Shown here: piece by piece, positions 30,311-45,426 of the stretch
Position numbering within the stretch: position 1 is the stretch's first letter
How the letters are laid out: each line of letters begins with the position of its first letter
Assembly: GCF_009914755.1 (NCBI RefSeq)
Contig: NC_060925.1
Length of the DNA: 64,000 nucleotides
DNA from: the human T2T-CHM13v2.0 reference genome, Homo sapiens
Strand: one strand, 5' to 3'
The notes under the pieces: model-generated
Told to the model about the DNA's origin: nothing
Databases searched by the model: none
Seen by the model: the letters and a program-made list of their open reading frames with translations, nothing else
Translations under genes and position numbers: made by a program

Positions 30311-30840
30311 TGTATTCGTCATCTTTGACAGTGGAACACATCAACCTAAGCCCTGTGGCTTAAAACAACATCCTGTACTTTCTCACGGTTTCTGTGGGTG
30401 AGGAATCCAGGCATGGCTTAGCTGGGTCCCCTGTCTCTGTGTTGCTCAAGTCTATAATCAATGTATTAGCCAGGCAGGGCTGCAATCATGTGAAGGCCCA
30501 ACTGGGGGTGGGGCTGCTCACTCAAGCAATGGTTGGCAGGACTCAGCTCATCCCTGGTGGTTGGCCAGAGATCTTCCTCAATTTCTTCCCACATCAGGTA
30601 GCTCACAACATGGTAACTGGCTTCATCAGAGCAAACAGGTGAGAAGGGAAGAAAGCATGGGAGCAATGGAGAAGTCACAATCTCTTCTTCACCTAAGCTT
30701 AGAAGTGACATCCCATTACCCTTGCCACGTTCTATTCATTGAAATAAGTCCAGCTCACATTCAAGGAGAAGGTGTTACACAAGGGCATGAATACTAGGAG
30801 GGTGGGTTCTCTGGAGCCATTGCCAAAGCCCCCTACCATG
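30311..30840 (-). mobile_element. MLT1-family MaLR LTR
   Basis: gtggcttaaaacaaca ... tctcacggtttctgtgggtgaggaatcc ... acacaagggcatgaatac typical of reverse MLT1. Confidence 0.75.
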
Positions 30841-31228
30841 CAGGGAGACACAGACATGGCCAAGGACCGCAGAGGAATGGAAAGACATAGGAGAAGACCC
30901 TAGTTCCTCCATTTCTCTCACACTCTAATCTTCTAGTAGGACCCCCGACTGGCCAGGTAGCTTCAGAAATGTAGTTCCATGTGCTACAGCAGAGCAAAGC
31001 GAGGGCAAGGGTTGGGTCTGAGAGCAGACTGACTACTCATCAGCATAGCATCCTTTTATATTTTCTGACATGACTGCACAAACAACACAAGCGAATTCTG
31101 TCTACAGAGAACTATTTCACGGTATTTGCAGCTCTTTCTAGGACTGAAGGATATTATGTTTGTTCTCTTGTGAGGTTGTGAGGTGGCTCTGTGCTATATT
31201 CCAACCTTCCAATCTATCAAAGGGCCCC

Positions 31229-31231
<3 letters not shown>

Positions 31232-31286
<55 letters not shown>
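31232..31286. repeat. Perfect (CA)27 microsatellite
   Basis: 55 uninterrupted bases of CA. Confidence 0.98.
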
Positions 31287-31288
<2 letters not shown>

Positions 31289-31664
31289 AATTCTTGCCCG
31301 CACAGTGGAGTTTTCTTACTTAGTCAGGGACAGGCAAAACATACCAGGTCCTCTACAACTATACCCCAAAGAGGATACCTTTAAATGAATGGGATTAACT
31401 GTGACTCTCCAAAATGTATTTGATCATCAAGACAAATCTTGGGATATTTGGTTAATACCACAAAGAGGAGGCACGTTACCCGTGAGTCCATTATGACTTC
31501 TCCTATTTGAAAAAATTTGGCAGAATTATTGCAATAAATCAAAACTCTCTCTTCTTTTCTATAAGTGTCACACATAATCTCTAGAGAGCAACAATAAATT
31601 AATGAATGAATAAAGTACACCTTTATTCATGTAGCTTATACATGAATCTTATAAAATTCCTTCT

Positions 31665-32219
31665 AGCAGATTATATTTTCCAAAGATGTCTGCATCCCAT
31701 ATATTTTTCATCCCATATATTCTAGGGCCTTGCCACACCCCTATCAAGAGATGGCAATGATACTTCCCTTAAACTTGGGTGTGTGTTTACAATTGACTTG
31801 ACTGATGGAGTATGGTAGATGTGATGCTTGGTAACATCTAAGGAGAGATTATAAACATGCCACAGACCTTCATTGTTCTCTTGCTACGTTCTCTATTGAA
31901 ACCCAGCTTCCATATTGTGAGGAAGCCCAGCAGCTACATAGAGGCCCACATGGAGGGAAATGGAGGCCTCTGGCTCCAGACCCTGATTTCCTCCATCCAA
32001 TAGCCAAAACCAGCTAGTTAGTGACATGAGTAAACCATCTTGAAAGTGTATCCTTCTGTTCCCTATTGAGCTTCTCCAGCTGACGCCCTTGGAGCAGAAA
32101 AACTATCTCCACTGAGCCCTGTCCAAATTACAGATTTGTGAGTAAAACAAATGGTTATTGTTCCTTTAAGTCACTATGCTCTGAGGTTGTTTGTTATACA
32201 GCAACAGAAAACTGGAACA
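31665..32219 (+). mobile_element. MLT1-family MaLR LTR
   Basis: ctgagccctgtccaaattacagatttgtgag ... tttaagtcacta ... ttgttatacagcaacagaaaactggaaca 3' end. Confidence 0.75.
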
Positions 32220-33654
32220 CACCTTTTGGGCATCCCTCAAACTGCCCCCCACCTCCAAAAAACAGGCAGGGTACATCAGTTAGGAATATGTTTGGCTAGA
32301 AGTCACAGAAAACCTGACATAAAAGTGGCTTGCACAGACAGGGATTTCATTTGCTCACATAGCAGGAAGATTGGAGGCAGAGGGCTGCTGGCATGGTTTT
32401 GGAGGCTTAACTCTGTCTGGTTCATTGCCTCTGAAATTCTCTTGGCATTTCCCCACGTGTGTTGCTTCAGTGGAATAGGTAGGGCTGCCCTGGCTCCAGG
32501 AACAATGTCTGTGTAGCAGGTAGGATAGAGAAAGGGAAAGAGGTGGATTAGGCCCGTTTGTTTCTTTTGGCCTCCCCTCAAACTCTTCCAGCCTGTCAGT
32601 CACAGGTGTCCCTCCAGCCAGAAGAGAGGCAAAAACAATGAATATTCACCTATATCCCTGCTGTAGCAGAGAGTAACAAGGGAGCAGGGGATTGGGGTGG
32701 GCTCTGGGGAAGCCAAACAAAGTGCCCAGTACTTTACAAGGGCTGGGATCCCTACATGAGATAAGAAGTCATTGAGTGAGAAGCAACAGGACTCCAGAAA
32801 AAAAAAAAAAAAGACTAAGATAAATGAGAAGTCAGGCCAGTCTTAACAGTCAAGAAAAAAAATGCAACATAGATTTGGTTGTCACATATTTCATATTTTC
32901 AAAAATTGGCAAAACTCCATCTCCATATATGACTCACTTAGACATCTCCTCCAATTCTTCAAATACCTCTTTGCAGATAGTTCCCAAATTTCCCTCTGCC
33001 ACCCTGCTCCTCCTCGAATTCTAGCTCCACATTTGCCATAGTCTCAAGTCAGATAGCCTCCTATCACTTCCAGACCAGTGCATCTGACACTGACCTTGCC
33101 TGACTTCTACGCCAGTTCCCTGTCTGTCTCCCCTGTTCTTGCTAAATGTCAGTCGTCTTTTAGCTCTCACCAATTTATCTGTATTCCACCTTGTGAGATT
33201 TGTCTTCTCTCTCTGCTTTTCCATTTCCCCTACCACCAACTTAGTTTAGGGTCCTATTGACTTTCCCTAATACTAGTGTAGTAAACTCCTTACTGGCTTT
33301 TTCACCTTCACTTTCTTTTTCTTCTAACCTATCCTATACTCAGTTGGGATATTAGGAATGACTTTTATATGGTTTGATATAGTTTTGTAATTTTCTAGGA
33401 AGATAATGTGGGCTACATGAGTGGTTTCTCCAGCAATATTGTCTGCCCTTTTGTAAATAAACACATCATTTGCTCATCAACGGGTCTTGGGCCAGGGCTT
33501 AAGGGTACGACAGTGGGCTCAACTTTAATACCTTCAAGACACAGGAGGCAGAGAGGCTGATTAAGTCTTACCAATGAAAGACCTTTCCGACTTTCAAGAG
33601 CAAAAGAAAGGAAATTCTGTTGTTTCCAACATGTACAGATAGCTTGATCTTTCA

Positions 33655-34044
<390 letters not shown>

Positions 34045-34491
34045 TTAGTGGTGGCGTCTTGCTTAGATATGCATTTCCCAGCTGAAGTGTCCAATGAACC
34101 TCACGTTTCCGTCATTCTGTGAGCATGTAAACTCATTTTTACTGCTTCTTCCCACTACCCTCCACCCCTGAATTATCAACTTGAACAAACTGGGCCAACT
34201 CAGCTTGATATATAACATTACCAAATTAAGCTTGACAACAGCTCTGTTCTTGCAACGTCTCTGTTCAGAAATCTTTACTGGTACCTCCTTCCCTGAAAAC
34301 TTCATTTTCTATACCTCCCTCCATGATGGGCCAATGCTTAACCTTCCATGCCCATCTCTCATTCTGGTCCAATTGTCCTCTTGCCTCTAGCCTGGTGTGC
34401 CTGTGATTTTCTGCTGTCAACTGTTGGCTCAGACTGCTGCTTCTGTTTCAAACACACTCTTCTCTCTTAAAATCTAGTTTAAAAAATGTGA

Positions 34492-34937
<446 letters not shown>

Positions 34938-37865
34938 TGAATTGAGGGTCATTTATCCATCAGCTATTTACCAAATAGACAGGTCTAATTTAGAAAAGTC
35001 TTGCAACGATTACCTGGTTAATTAATTGTCTTCTGTATTCTGTGATGCTTCACCTGCCACTTTGTACAGCAGCATTTGTCCTGCATTACCCTTTACGTGA
35101 TGGCCCTGACATAAACTATTGATCATCCAATCACAGTCATTCCATGTGCTAATTTCCCCATTACTACATCCTACTACATACAACCTCATACTTAGCTTAT
35201 ATCTCTTGCAGCTCCTCTAGTTCTTGTCCTAATATCACAATAGAAGTTAAGTGCAAGGGGAAGTTTGGAGGGAGATATCAACATATATATAATAGATGAT
35301 CTCAATTCTGCCTACTGCCTGAAAGGCTCTATACATTGAGTTGCCCTAAGTTCTAATCTTGGCCTTGACCTGTTCAATAACTAAAGCACTTACTAAAGTG
35401 GATGCACTCTACAAATTAATTCTGCTTATTCATCTCTGGTTTGCAGCTAGGAAAAGCAGAGGCCTTACTCTTAGGTCTATTTGGCATTATGAGACATTGT
35501 AGATGCAACCTTCATTCCCTTCTGCAGTTTCTCTGCCTTTTATCAATAGCTAGTGGAAGACTCCCTTTTCTCCCTATTTCAAAGCATGACCTTCCTTCCA
35601 TTTGAATATCTTTCAGAGTTCCTAAGGAATCCTCTATTTTTAAATTTGCTTGCAAATCCATGAGGTCCCCAAGCTCCACCCTTCCTCAGATCTGTGTTCT
35701 TACACTGCTCTACATTGCAATTCTTATACCCTCTTGTCATTTAGGAAGGCTTTCCAAGCCCAGGAGAGTTAATTTTGGAACATAAAGCTTGAAGGTTTAC
35801 CAAGTTTAATTACTTTCCATACAGCTAATAATAAAAAACCATCCCCTGTGCCCTCCCTAAAAGGATGATAATCATTCCTCCACATAAGGGAATGGAACAT
35901 GTAAAACCAGCAGACGGCATAAACGTTGCTGAAAACAGTATCTCCTGATGATAGGATCTTGCCTAACCTTTTTCAGGCTCTGATTCTGTTCTGTAACTAG
36001 AGAATTCTAGTAGCTGCTGCCCTGAGCGGGCACAGCTGAAGATTACCAAGTAGATTTTAGCTGAATCTTTGAATCCTTCACATTTGGTGCGTATTAAATA
36101 TTTTTGGCACTAATTAGCTACATAATTTAGTCACAGGGAGACTTCCATCTAATTCATGGACATATTTCCCATTATCCCTTGGGTTTTTTTTTTCACCCTT
36201 CTTCTTATATCTCAGATTAGCAGAATTACTATAACTCAGAAATTAAATTATACAATGTCAGGACTACTGTTAGTAAAAAATCAAATGTTAACTTTAGAGA
36301 TTTTTTTCCAATTAGTTTAAGAGTTCACATAGACATCTTTTGTAATCAGAAAACACACAAATATTTTGTGTTGATATTTTATTCCTATTATGTTAATATC
36401 ATCTCATTCCAAGTTTATATTCTTTTAATTTGATACCTAATGCTCTCAGGCATTTACTTTTCTTAATAGCTTTCAGTTCAATGCTGGCTGTATTAAAAAA
36501 GAAATCTGATGACTTAAAAAAACACAGTCATAATTTACTGGATGAGGAAAATAGTGCATGAATGGGAAAACGAACACAACCATCATCTGTGTGTCTGTGT
36601 GTGACTTTTGTCATATGAATGATGGCATCAAGTCACATGAGGCATACTTTTTAAGTTCTCTTAGATGATAATTTGGGACAATAGTGATTGGCTGCCAAAG
36701 TTTACAGAGTTGATACAGGAGTGAGGTCTAGTATGCAGAAATGTTTTAGATTCAAAATCAGAACTCATAAGTGCACTTTTAAAATGAGAATGTTCTTCTG
36801 ATACTCACTGCAGTTCCCAGTAAAGAAACTGACACCCTGAGAAATGACACCATTTTCTCAAAGGCACATGGTTAGGCAAGGTCATGGAGTGGAGGCTTTT
36901 GACTCCCCTGGCAGTCTTTAACCTATACAATTTCTCTCCACCCCCAGCCCATCTGCTGATTCTGGGCATGGCATCTGTATTTGATCCAGCTTCTCAGAGC
37001 ATATCAACTGTAAGCCAATTGGATGTAAATATAAAGAGAGCAGAAAACTCTTTTACCAGGCAGCTGGAAAGTTTCACTTGGAATTTATTTTTAGCATCTT
37101 GTGTGTGCTCAGGAGCAACCATGGCAACAAAGGCACCTGGAAGAGCCCCTTAGAGGGAAAAGAGATAGCACCAGAGGGACGCTGCCTCATCTCCATGGGT
37201 AATCGGTGACAGGCTGGACATGTCCCTGTCACTAGGAAAGCCATCACCAGAGAAGAATAATCTCAGAATCAGCAGGGCTCACCTCCACTTAGGGAATAAA
37301 TGACTGATGAGATCATCTACGTGAACCTGTCTTCCCTCCCCTTCCTTACCTTCCTTTCCCAGCACTGATACAATGTGTAAATACAGCTTTAGTTTCTGTC
37401 CACTTTGAGGTCTGATCATATGTCATGTTTTATTTACTACGGTCCTTCATGAAACTTCGAAACCACATAGCCACAAGAGAGGAAATGAACCCTTCAAGAC
37501 CTCAGGCTACCATGCTGTGAATGGCTTCAAAGGCATTCATTAGTCTTTATCATCTCAGCAAGGACAAAGTCAGAAGTTCAGCCTCTTTTCTCTCAAAGAA
37601 CAGGTGAAAAGAAAGCTGAGGGCAGGATGGTGCAGGAGAGAACACACCAGCCAGAGAGAAGCCAGGGCTGCAAGAGACTCCGCAGTGTCTGGTGAAAACT
37701 GGAACTCAAACCAGCTTTATACATTTCTCCTTCCCCAGGTCAAACACTTACCAGGAGGAAGATGACATTAACTCGTGGTAAAGAGCCCGGGGCCAATTCA
37801 AGAAATTCTTCCATTTTTGAAATTCTCTGTCTAGTTCTCTGAATCCTGGCAGACTCCAAGAGTGA

Positions 37866-38168
37866 TTTTTTTTTTTTTTTTTTTTTGAGACAGGGTCTCA
37901 TTCTGGTGCCGAGGCTGGAGTACAGTTGCTTGATCATGGCTCACTGCAGCCTTGACCTCCTGGACTCAGGTGATCCCCCCACCTCAGCCCCACAAGTAGC
38001 TGTGACTACAGGCATGAGCCACCACACCCAGATAATTTTTGTATTTTTTGTAGAGATGGGATTTCATCATGTTCCCCAGGCTGGTCTCCAACTCCTGGGT
38101 TCAAGTGATCTGCCTGCCTCAGCCTCCCAAAGTGCTGGGATTGCAGGTGTGAGCCACTGTGCCCAACC
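37866..38168 (-). mobile_element. AluJ
   Basis: gacagggtctc, gatcatggctcactgcagccttgacc; poly-T. Confidence 0.92.
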
Positions 38169-41100
38169 GCCATGAGTAATTTATCCATGTCACAGTTCCC
38201 ATGCTTGAGACAAGACTCTCAGCTTTCTGACCTGCACATTCAAGACCCACCCCTATGTCATTTCTTCTCTTACATTTTGTAAAAATGCAGTTCTCTCCTT
38301 TTTGCTTTTTGGGAAAATATCCGCACTAAACATATCTAATGTTCACAGTTTATGAAAGGGTAGACCCAATGAAATAGATATACTTTAGCTTAGTCTTGGT
38401 CATTTAGCATTTCTCTGCCTAGGTGCTTTTTCACAAGGACTTCAGAAAATGTTGAATGTTTCTAGTTAAATTTGGTACATTTCCAAAGAATATAGATACA
38501 CATTGCATTGAATTTGCGGTTCAATGTTATCTTGAAACGTGATAGTGACTGATAAAGTGTTTGCCACAAGCATGTCTTCTATAATTTTAAACACATTTCA
38601 ATAAAATCCAAAGTTTCAGAATGATATCAGTACACCGAATTGGGCCCGTCTACAGTCCTCTTATTCAATCACATTCAAGACCTAGGACAGTGTTGTTCAC
38701 AACGAGGTATTTAATAAATAATAAATAGAGCAGGAAAAGAAAACCATCATTATAGTCACATGGCTGGAAAGACCTCTATTGATCTTTACTTCCCCACAAA
38801 ACCACATAAATATATAATGGTGTTATTGAACCAGCTTCCACCAAGCAAATGAACTATGGCATTTCTAAGAGATATCCATATTATTACGGAAAAACATCCT
38901 ACAGATAAAATTAAAAGCAAGTCTTTTATTTGACCCCAAACTAGGAAAGACTGAGGGAAAGATAATCAATTTATGCTTATTTTCTGTTCCTAAAAAAAAT
39001 TCTATGAAGCATTGTTGATGCTCAGAGTTGGGAGAAATGAAAAAAAAAATCAGTGATTCATTTTTCCCCCATAAACTTGCAGCCGCAATGTACAGATCCA
39101 TATTATATTGGGATAAGTCAATCACCAATCTAAATTACTAGGTAACTACTATGTACTTACTAGAGACTAAGCCCAAATGCAGAATAAAGGATGGCCCAGG
39201 GAATAAATTCTTAGTGCAAAGAAGCTGCTGTAAACTTAGAAGCAGGAGCCCACTTCTAAGGGCTCCCCAGGATCACAGTGTTCGAAGGATCATCATTCAC
39301 AGTAGCTACAGTCCAGGTGCAGATGAGGGCAAGCAGACATCGAGGCTCGCAGTACAATATACACATTCAGAAGAGGTTCTGTTTCAGGAGAAATGATGCA
39401 AGACATTGGTTCTAAACTCTCTTGGTTTCAAAAGAGGATCCTGTTCTTAATTTAGAATGTTTGTAATATATGCATTAGAAAGGAAAGCTTTGAATAGAAA
39501 ATAAATTCCCCTCTGTATTGCTGATTGGGAAATGGCCACCATATAATCTCTCCAGGAATGTGATGAAATTGCACTTCCAGTTGTATTGCTTTCCCTGCCA
39601 AAAATGAAATCCTTCTTTTTAACTGATTTTTCCTCACAATAGATAACAGACAACTTTGAATTCTACATAAAAATAATTATGGAAACAATTTTAAAAGACC
39701 TATTGCAATATCTTCAGATCAATTCCAAGTGAACAAATCATGGTGACATTTGCTTGGCCATGTGACATGGAGGCAGTTGGTATCAGACTCAGCATCTTTA
39801 TGCTACACAGTAAGACAAAATCTGAGCTCTTAAACTTTAGACATGAAGGAAAAAAACACACACACACACAGCAGCCCAAATTGAGAAGCTGAAGACAGCC
39901 TTCAGGAAGATATAGGTACTATGTATCTCACACCTAAATGTCCTCCATAAATAGATAATATGATTGATCCAGAAGTAGACTGTGCTGAAGAAAAGAAGAA
40001 GAAAATGAACTAGATAATTTTCCAAAGCCTCTCATCCACCAGCCCTTCCCCTAAACCTGAGGGCTGCACACTTGCTTATGCTATCTTGATCTCTGCCTTA
40101 GAGAAAGAAGCCTAGGGGGACAATTTCTCTTACGAAACACATCACAGTTCATCTCTTCTTTGCAAGGATTTATAACAAGAGAAAGAGACACATTTATTTT
40201 CTTGTAACTGTAGGCAGCAAGACATCATTGAAAATGCATGAGAATTGCAGTTGGTAAATCTGAGTTCAAGGTCAGAGGGGAAATTTCATCTCTCTGAGAT
40301 TTGGCATACACATCTGTAACCAGGGACTAATAATTCCTACACAGTGGAGATATCTTGAGAATTAAAGGTCCTAAGGCCTATGAAAATGGTATGCAAACGT
40401 TGATCTAGAAAGGACCAGGGAAAATCATCTTGACCACTCTAGCTCTCGGCAGGATCACATCTCAGTTTTCCTGGACTGAATTAAACAAGTTCAGAGAAGG
40501 AACTAAAATGGAAAGTGTTTGATAACATTCCAAAGGCAGAATACATAAATTCTTATATTATAGCTTCAGTCCCTGTGGCTTTCTTTGCATCTCAGTGAAG
40601 ATGGAAAATTTACCATATAATTAATGGCTTTTGTTTTCACGAAGCCTGTAGTATCACTTCTCAGCCATTTCTTTTAGAAACGGAATACTGCCAAAACTTT
40701 AACTGTTCCTTAAAACTGTGTTTGGAGGTATGCTGTACACTCTCTCCAATTACTCTAGCTCATTTTTTTCTGGGACTCAGAATTCTGTTAGTATGGATTC
40801 AGGTCCCGTTCTGATGCAGTACTTTATGGTTCCTACTTGGGATGCACTCAGCCTTTTTATCCTACTGATAGGACATCAGCTCCTTATCTACTGTAGCCCC
40901 TCAATCTTTTCCTGCCATTTATGTATATAGAATTGTTTTGTCTTGTATTTATGCATTTTCTCTGCCCTTGATGTACTTTTCTTAGTTCAAGTTGCCGGTT
41001 TATTGAAAACACAATAAATTCCTATAGTCCTATATTTCAAGATCTCTGCCCCACATATCTTAGTGTTAACTGCGAAACCAATGAAGGATACTCTCATTCC

Positions 41101-41846
41101 ACCATCCAGGGGTTATGCAGTGCTGGGTCTAGAACCAATATCCTGTGAGCAATGATTGCCATGAAATTTTAAGTTGGTATTGCTATTTTTAAAAGTCCTC
41201 TCTTGCACATGAATTCCCCACCATGTGTATGGTCATATAATAACTATGAGCTAAGTTAGCTCGTGTAGCCCTAGTATTTTCGTATGATACATAGACCAGA
41301 ATAAAAGTCTCTGTGAAGCTAAGATACCAGTGATTTTCTGGGGTTCTCCCTGGCTTATTTTCATCAAAGAAAAGGACTTGATTGGCCTGACCAGGTTTGT
41401 ATTTCATAAAGCTGCGTTGGTGGCTAACCAGGATTTTTATCCTCTTTAAGGCAATTTCAAAATGAGTTTTTCTGGGATATAAGCAAATAGTTAATCTTCA
41501 CTGAATAGAGCAGATTCAACGCTGACTCTTAAGGGCTGGGAGATTTTTGCTTTGAGCTGACCATTTACACATTTTCACAAAGAAAAGATAGTGACTTGGG
41601 TAAACACAGACCTCTCTCCTTAGAACCTTTCAGCAACAAGCTGGTAACTACAGTCCTTTATGATAGCAATAGGGGAAATGTATCCTTTCCCTACCCTCTG
41701 CCCACCATTAACTACTATAGTCTTGTTAACAGATGAAATAAATTTGATGTATTAATTCAGCAAAAGCCACATGTTCTGAATTAAAGGAAGCAAAATGACT
41801 TTAGGTAAAACAGGAAACGTTGTGAATCAGCTGCTGTTTTGGTAAG

Positions 41847-41966
41847 TCAGCCTTCCACAGCCAAACTGATGCCTGTTACAAGTTTTCAGCCTTCCACAGC
41901 TGAACTGATGCCTGTTACAGGTTTTCAGACTTCCACAGCCTGACTGATGCCTTTTACAGGTTTTCA
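41847..41966. repeat. 39-bp minisatellite, 3 copies
   Basis: Unit tcagccttccacagc...actgatgcctgttaca(a/g)gttt at 41847, 41886 and 41925. Confidence 0.95.
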
Positions 41967-42517
41967 ATCAACTTGACAATAATAATAGCAGAGGTAACAT
42001 ACCAGCTTATTCGAAGAGAAGTATTAAATAACATAAGATTTCCCACTCGGATCTAATTTCTTCACCTCATGCTTTAAAACACTGAAGGGGAAGGTGTACA
42101 AAAACCTTGTTTCACCCAACTTTGGCACCTTCTCTGTAGTACTTATGTATTTTATCCTTCAAAAAAGCTTTTTGCAACTCACACTAAAATCATCAATATA
42201 TCTAGAGAGGCACTTTCCTCCACTACTGCAATTTATTTCCTCCAGGCCCATTGACTTTCTCAAAATGGACACAAAAATCACAGTTTTTTCATCTTGAAGA
42301 TTTATTCTAACCACAAGAGCCTTCTACAGCATTTACACCAGAGTGTCTCACTAAAATGTACCAAAATTTTATTTTTAATACAATGCATTGCATATGTGAA
42401 GCAGCTCTTGGCAGAAAAGCAATTTCTACAAAATAATCTCTCACCGTGTGCCACATAGATTCAAGGATTCAAGTGATATTAAGAGGTTTCAAAGGATAAT
42501 TTTTTTCTTGTGGGTGA

Positions 42518-42724
42518 AAAATGGAGATGTTGAAAAATGAAGCAGCTTGTCTTAAATTGACTCATTCAATAAATAGTGAATATTTAATATGTGTTATAAA
42601 GAAACACGTATTGGGAATTATAAAGAAACTGCATGACATGTCCCTTTGCTTCATGCACTTGCATTTATGTTGGAAGATGACAAGACTAGCATGCGTAAAT
42701 AAGAAAAAGAGCACATTGTCATAG
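42518..42724 (+). repeat. 207-bp dispersed direct repeat, copy 1
   Basis: Ungapped match to 44293-44499 with 7 mismatches. Confidence 0.95.
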
Positions 42725-44292
42725 GATCTAATATTATGTCTGAGCATGGAAGTAATACTGGAGGTAGGAAAAGTTGGTTGTTACGTGTGGGGAGAGATGG
42801 GAAGATTTAAATAATCTCTATGACTCTGTAATTCTATGACGACTGATCACAGTGGGCCAGGTCCTATGGGTAGAGCTTGAAGCAAAGCTCAAATATTCCT
42901 GCTTCTAAATGTAATGCCTGTCTGTCCATTCCTAGACACGTTCAGGACCCCTGGCTCTTTGCAGCCAAGTTCATACTTAGTAACTGACTTTCGAAGGGAG
43001 TTATGGGATTCACAACCTCAAGTGTTCAGGGAAGCCAGACACGTGATCTGAGAGTCCATACCCTGTCTGTGGAGGAGAGGAGTTACTGTGTCTTCTTACC
43101 TTTAGTCGATGGAAGTCATGCTACCTAATTCTACCAGAATTCCCAGCTTTTCAAGACAAGTTATAAGCATATATTTTATGGGAGATCTTATGATTTTTAA
43201 GAGTTGTCTGCCATTTTGTACTTTGTGACCTCTGCTTTGGGTAATTCTAACAATTTATGGTGAGATCTCATCTATTAGACTGAGATCTCAGAGAGTGAAC
43301 ATACATGGTTTAGCAATGAACAGTGTCATAGGCTGTAAACCATTATCTCCCTAGACCATTACATTGATAGGTGCTTATCAGTGAGTGATTGTGAGGGAAC
43401 TGTCTACCTGACTCAATTGGCCTTGAAGTATCCTAAGAGGCTTCTGAGGTGCAGCTACTCTTGAGTTTAAGAATATTCTAAATAACCAAACTGGCCAACA
43501 GCTATAACCCGTTGGAATAGACAGAACCACCTAATAGATGAATGGCCTCAAGTTAGAGATTTTTACTTTCCTGAAGACAGGCACATGCCAAATAACATTC
43601 CATTAATGATAACAGAAGAGTGATATTTTTCCCCATACAGTACAAGAGACTCAGGAGAAACCTGAACTTGGAAATAGCCTATGTAGTACTTAGCAAGCCA
43701 TCTGGAGAATGGTTATCATTGGACTGCATTTCCTAACACAGTTGATTAGAGTCCCTTGTAATTAATAGTCCTTTATGTCTCTGCATGCCATTGCACGAGT
43801 GCATGGGCAAGAGAAGCAAGGACCAATGCCAAAGATGTCACCCAACCTGTCCTGAGTGGTCACCTTCCCAACACAAGGACTGAACAAAAAGCACATCTAA
43901 CATGAGGCTGGTGGGCACAGAGCTGTGTAGATAAATGCCAAAAGGTCTGCTGTGAATGGCACACTAGAAACCAGCTTTCCTGCTGCTCACCCATTTAGAT
44001 AAAGAAGTTCATTGGAAATACATATGGCATATAATTTATATTAGGGGCAGGGAGACTGGGGGAAAGGTCCATTAAAGAGGAGAATGACTGAACCCCAGTG
44101 CTGTAAGATTGGGGGAGATGTCAGTTATCTCATTTGGTCCCTTTCTTCTGGAAAAGCCGATTACTACCATGTAATTGATGGGCCAGGAGAGAGCCATAAA
44201 ACCATGGAGAAGAGGAAACAGATGAATCCAGACTATTAAAAAACATGAGGTAGAGCTTACAGATCATCATCCTTTATTTTTGAAGGATGTTC

Positions 44293-44499
44293 AAAATGGA
44301 GATGTTGAAAAATGAAGTAGCTTGTCTTAAATGGACCCATTCAATAAACAGTGAATATTTAACATATGTTATAAAGAAACACGTATTGGGAATTATAAAG
44401 AAACTGCATGACATGTCCCTTTGCTTCATGCACTTGCATTTATGTTGGAAGATGACAAGACTAGCATGCGTAAATAAGAAAAAGAGCACAGTGTCATAG
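44293..44499 (+). repeat. 207-bp dispersed direct repeat, copy 2
   Basis: Ungapped match to 42518-42724, offset 1775 bp. Confidence 0.95.
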
Positions 44500-45426
44500 A
44501 ATATAGAATATCCTCAACCAAATACAGGATAGAAGAAAACAATGTTAATTACTCTCAAAGGTTGTCCTGTTTTCTTCTTCCTGTGAAATTTTACTTACAA
44601 AGAACACACACTCCACCTCTCATGCCTTTTTCACTGAACTTTTTGTATTCAGTGTTTTCAGATGTTTGACAGTTGTACTGTAACAGGCTAACATATAAAT
44701 ACTTTTCGATAGCAAGGTCCAGAAAAAGGGTTTTAATTTTACAGACCAAGGGAAAAAAAAAGAAGAAAGTGAGAGTGCAAATTTTCCCATTTCCAAGTTA
44801 TAGACTCATTGACGATCTTTGTCCACACACACCCTGGGTTTCCAATCCACCTCCCTGTGAAAGGAGCCTTGGAGAGCCTGTGTGGGGCTCAGGGGAAGCA
44901 GGAGAGTAGCAGCTGCAATGCCTGGAGCCAGAGGACACGTTCCAGATCATGTTCCAGAACACATGGCAATGGTCAGTTGTGGAGAGGTGCCAGCAAATGA
45001 GAAACAGAGAAGCAAGGGGCTGGGTTAGCTTGAGGAGGCCAGGTCCACGGCTGAAAGGTTGGAGGTACATGGAGAGCCACAATGAGGACGTGTGAGTTAA
45101 ACGAGTGGGAGTGGAGAGGACGTTTACACCCTGCTTAAGACTGCTGAGTATTGCTGTCAGCAGCAAGGCATCCATTTGGTGGAGCTATGTCAAGAAAACA
45201 GGACAGAGAGAACACTCCATTGAAAATGCTTTCCTTCTTCTAGGCCTGCAGCAGGCCACTCTTCTAGAAAAGCCTGCTCTGAATTCATTCTCTCTAGGAG
45301 CACTTGGTTCATCAGCAGACCCCCTCCCCCACTTCCATTTAGCCTGAATGTTTATTTTCTGTCTTGTCAACATGAATATATACAGGAGGCATCAACTACA
45401 TTTTTGCCCAGCTCAAAGTTTATCTT

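Noticed and set aside
42521-44499. Pair of near-identical small ORFs (MEMLKNE...) that look like paralogous microproteins
   Set aside because: They simply reflect the 207-bp DNA duplication of decayed repeat sequence; open frames also occur on the opposite strand; no promoter or splice context.
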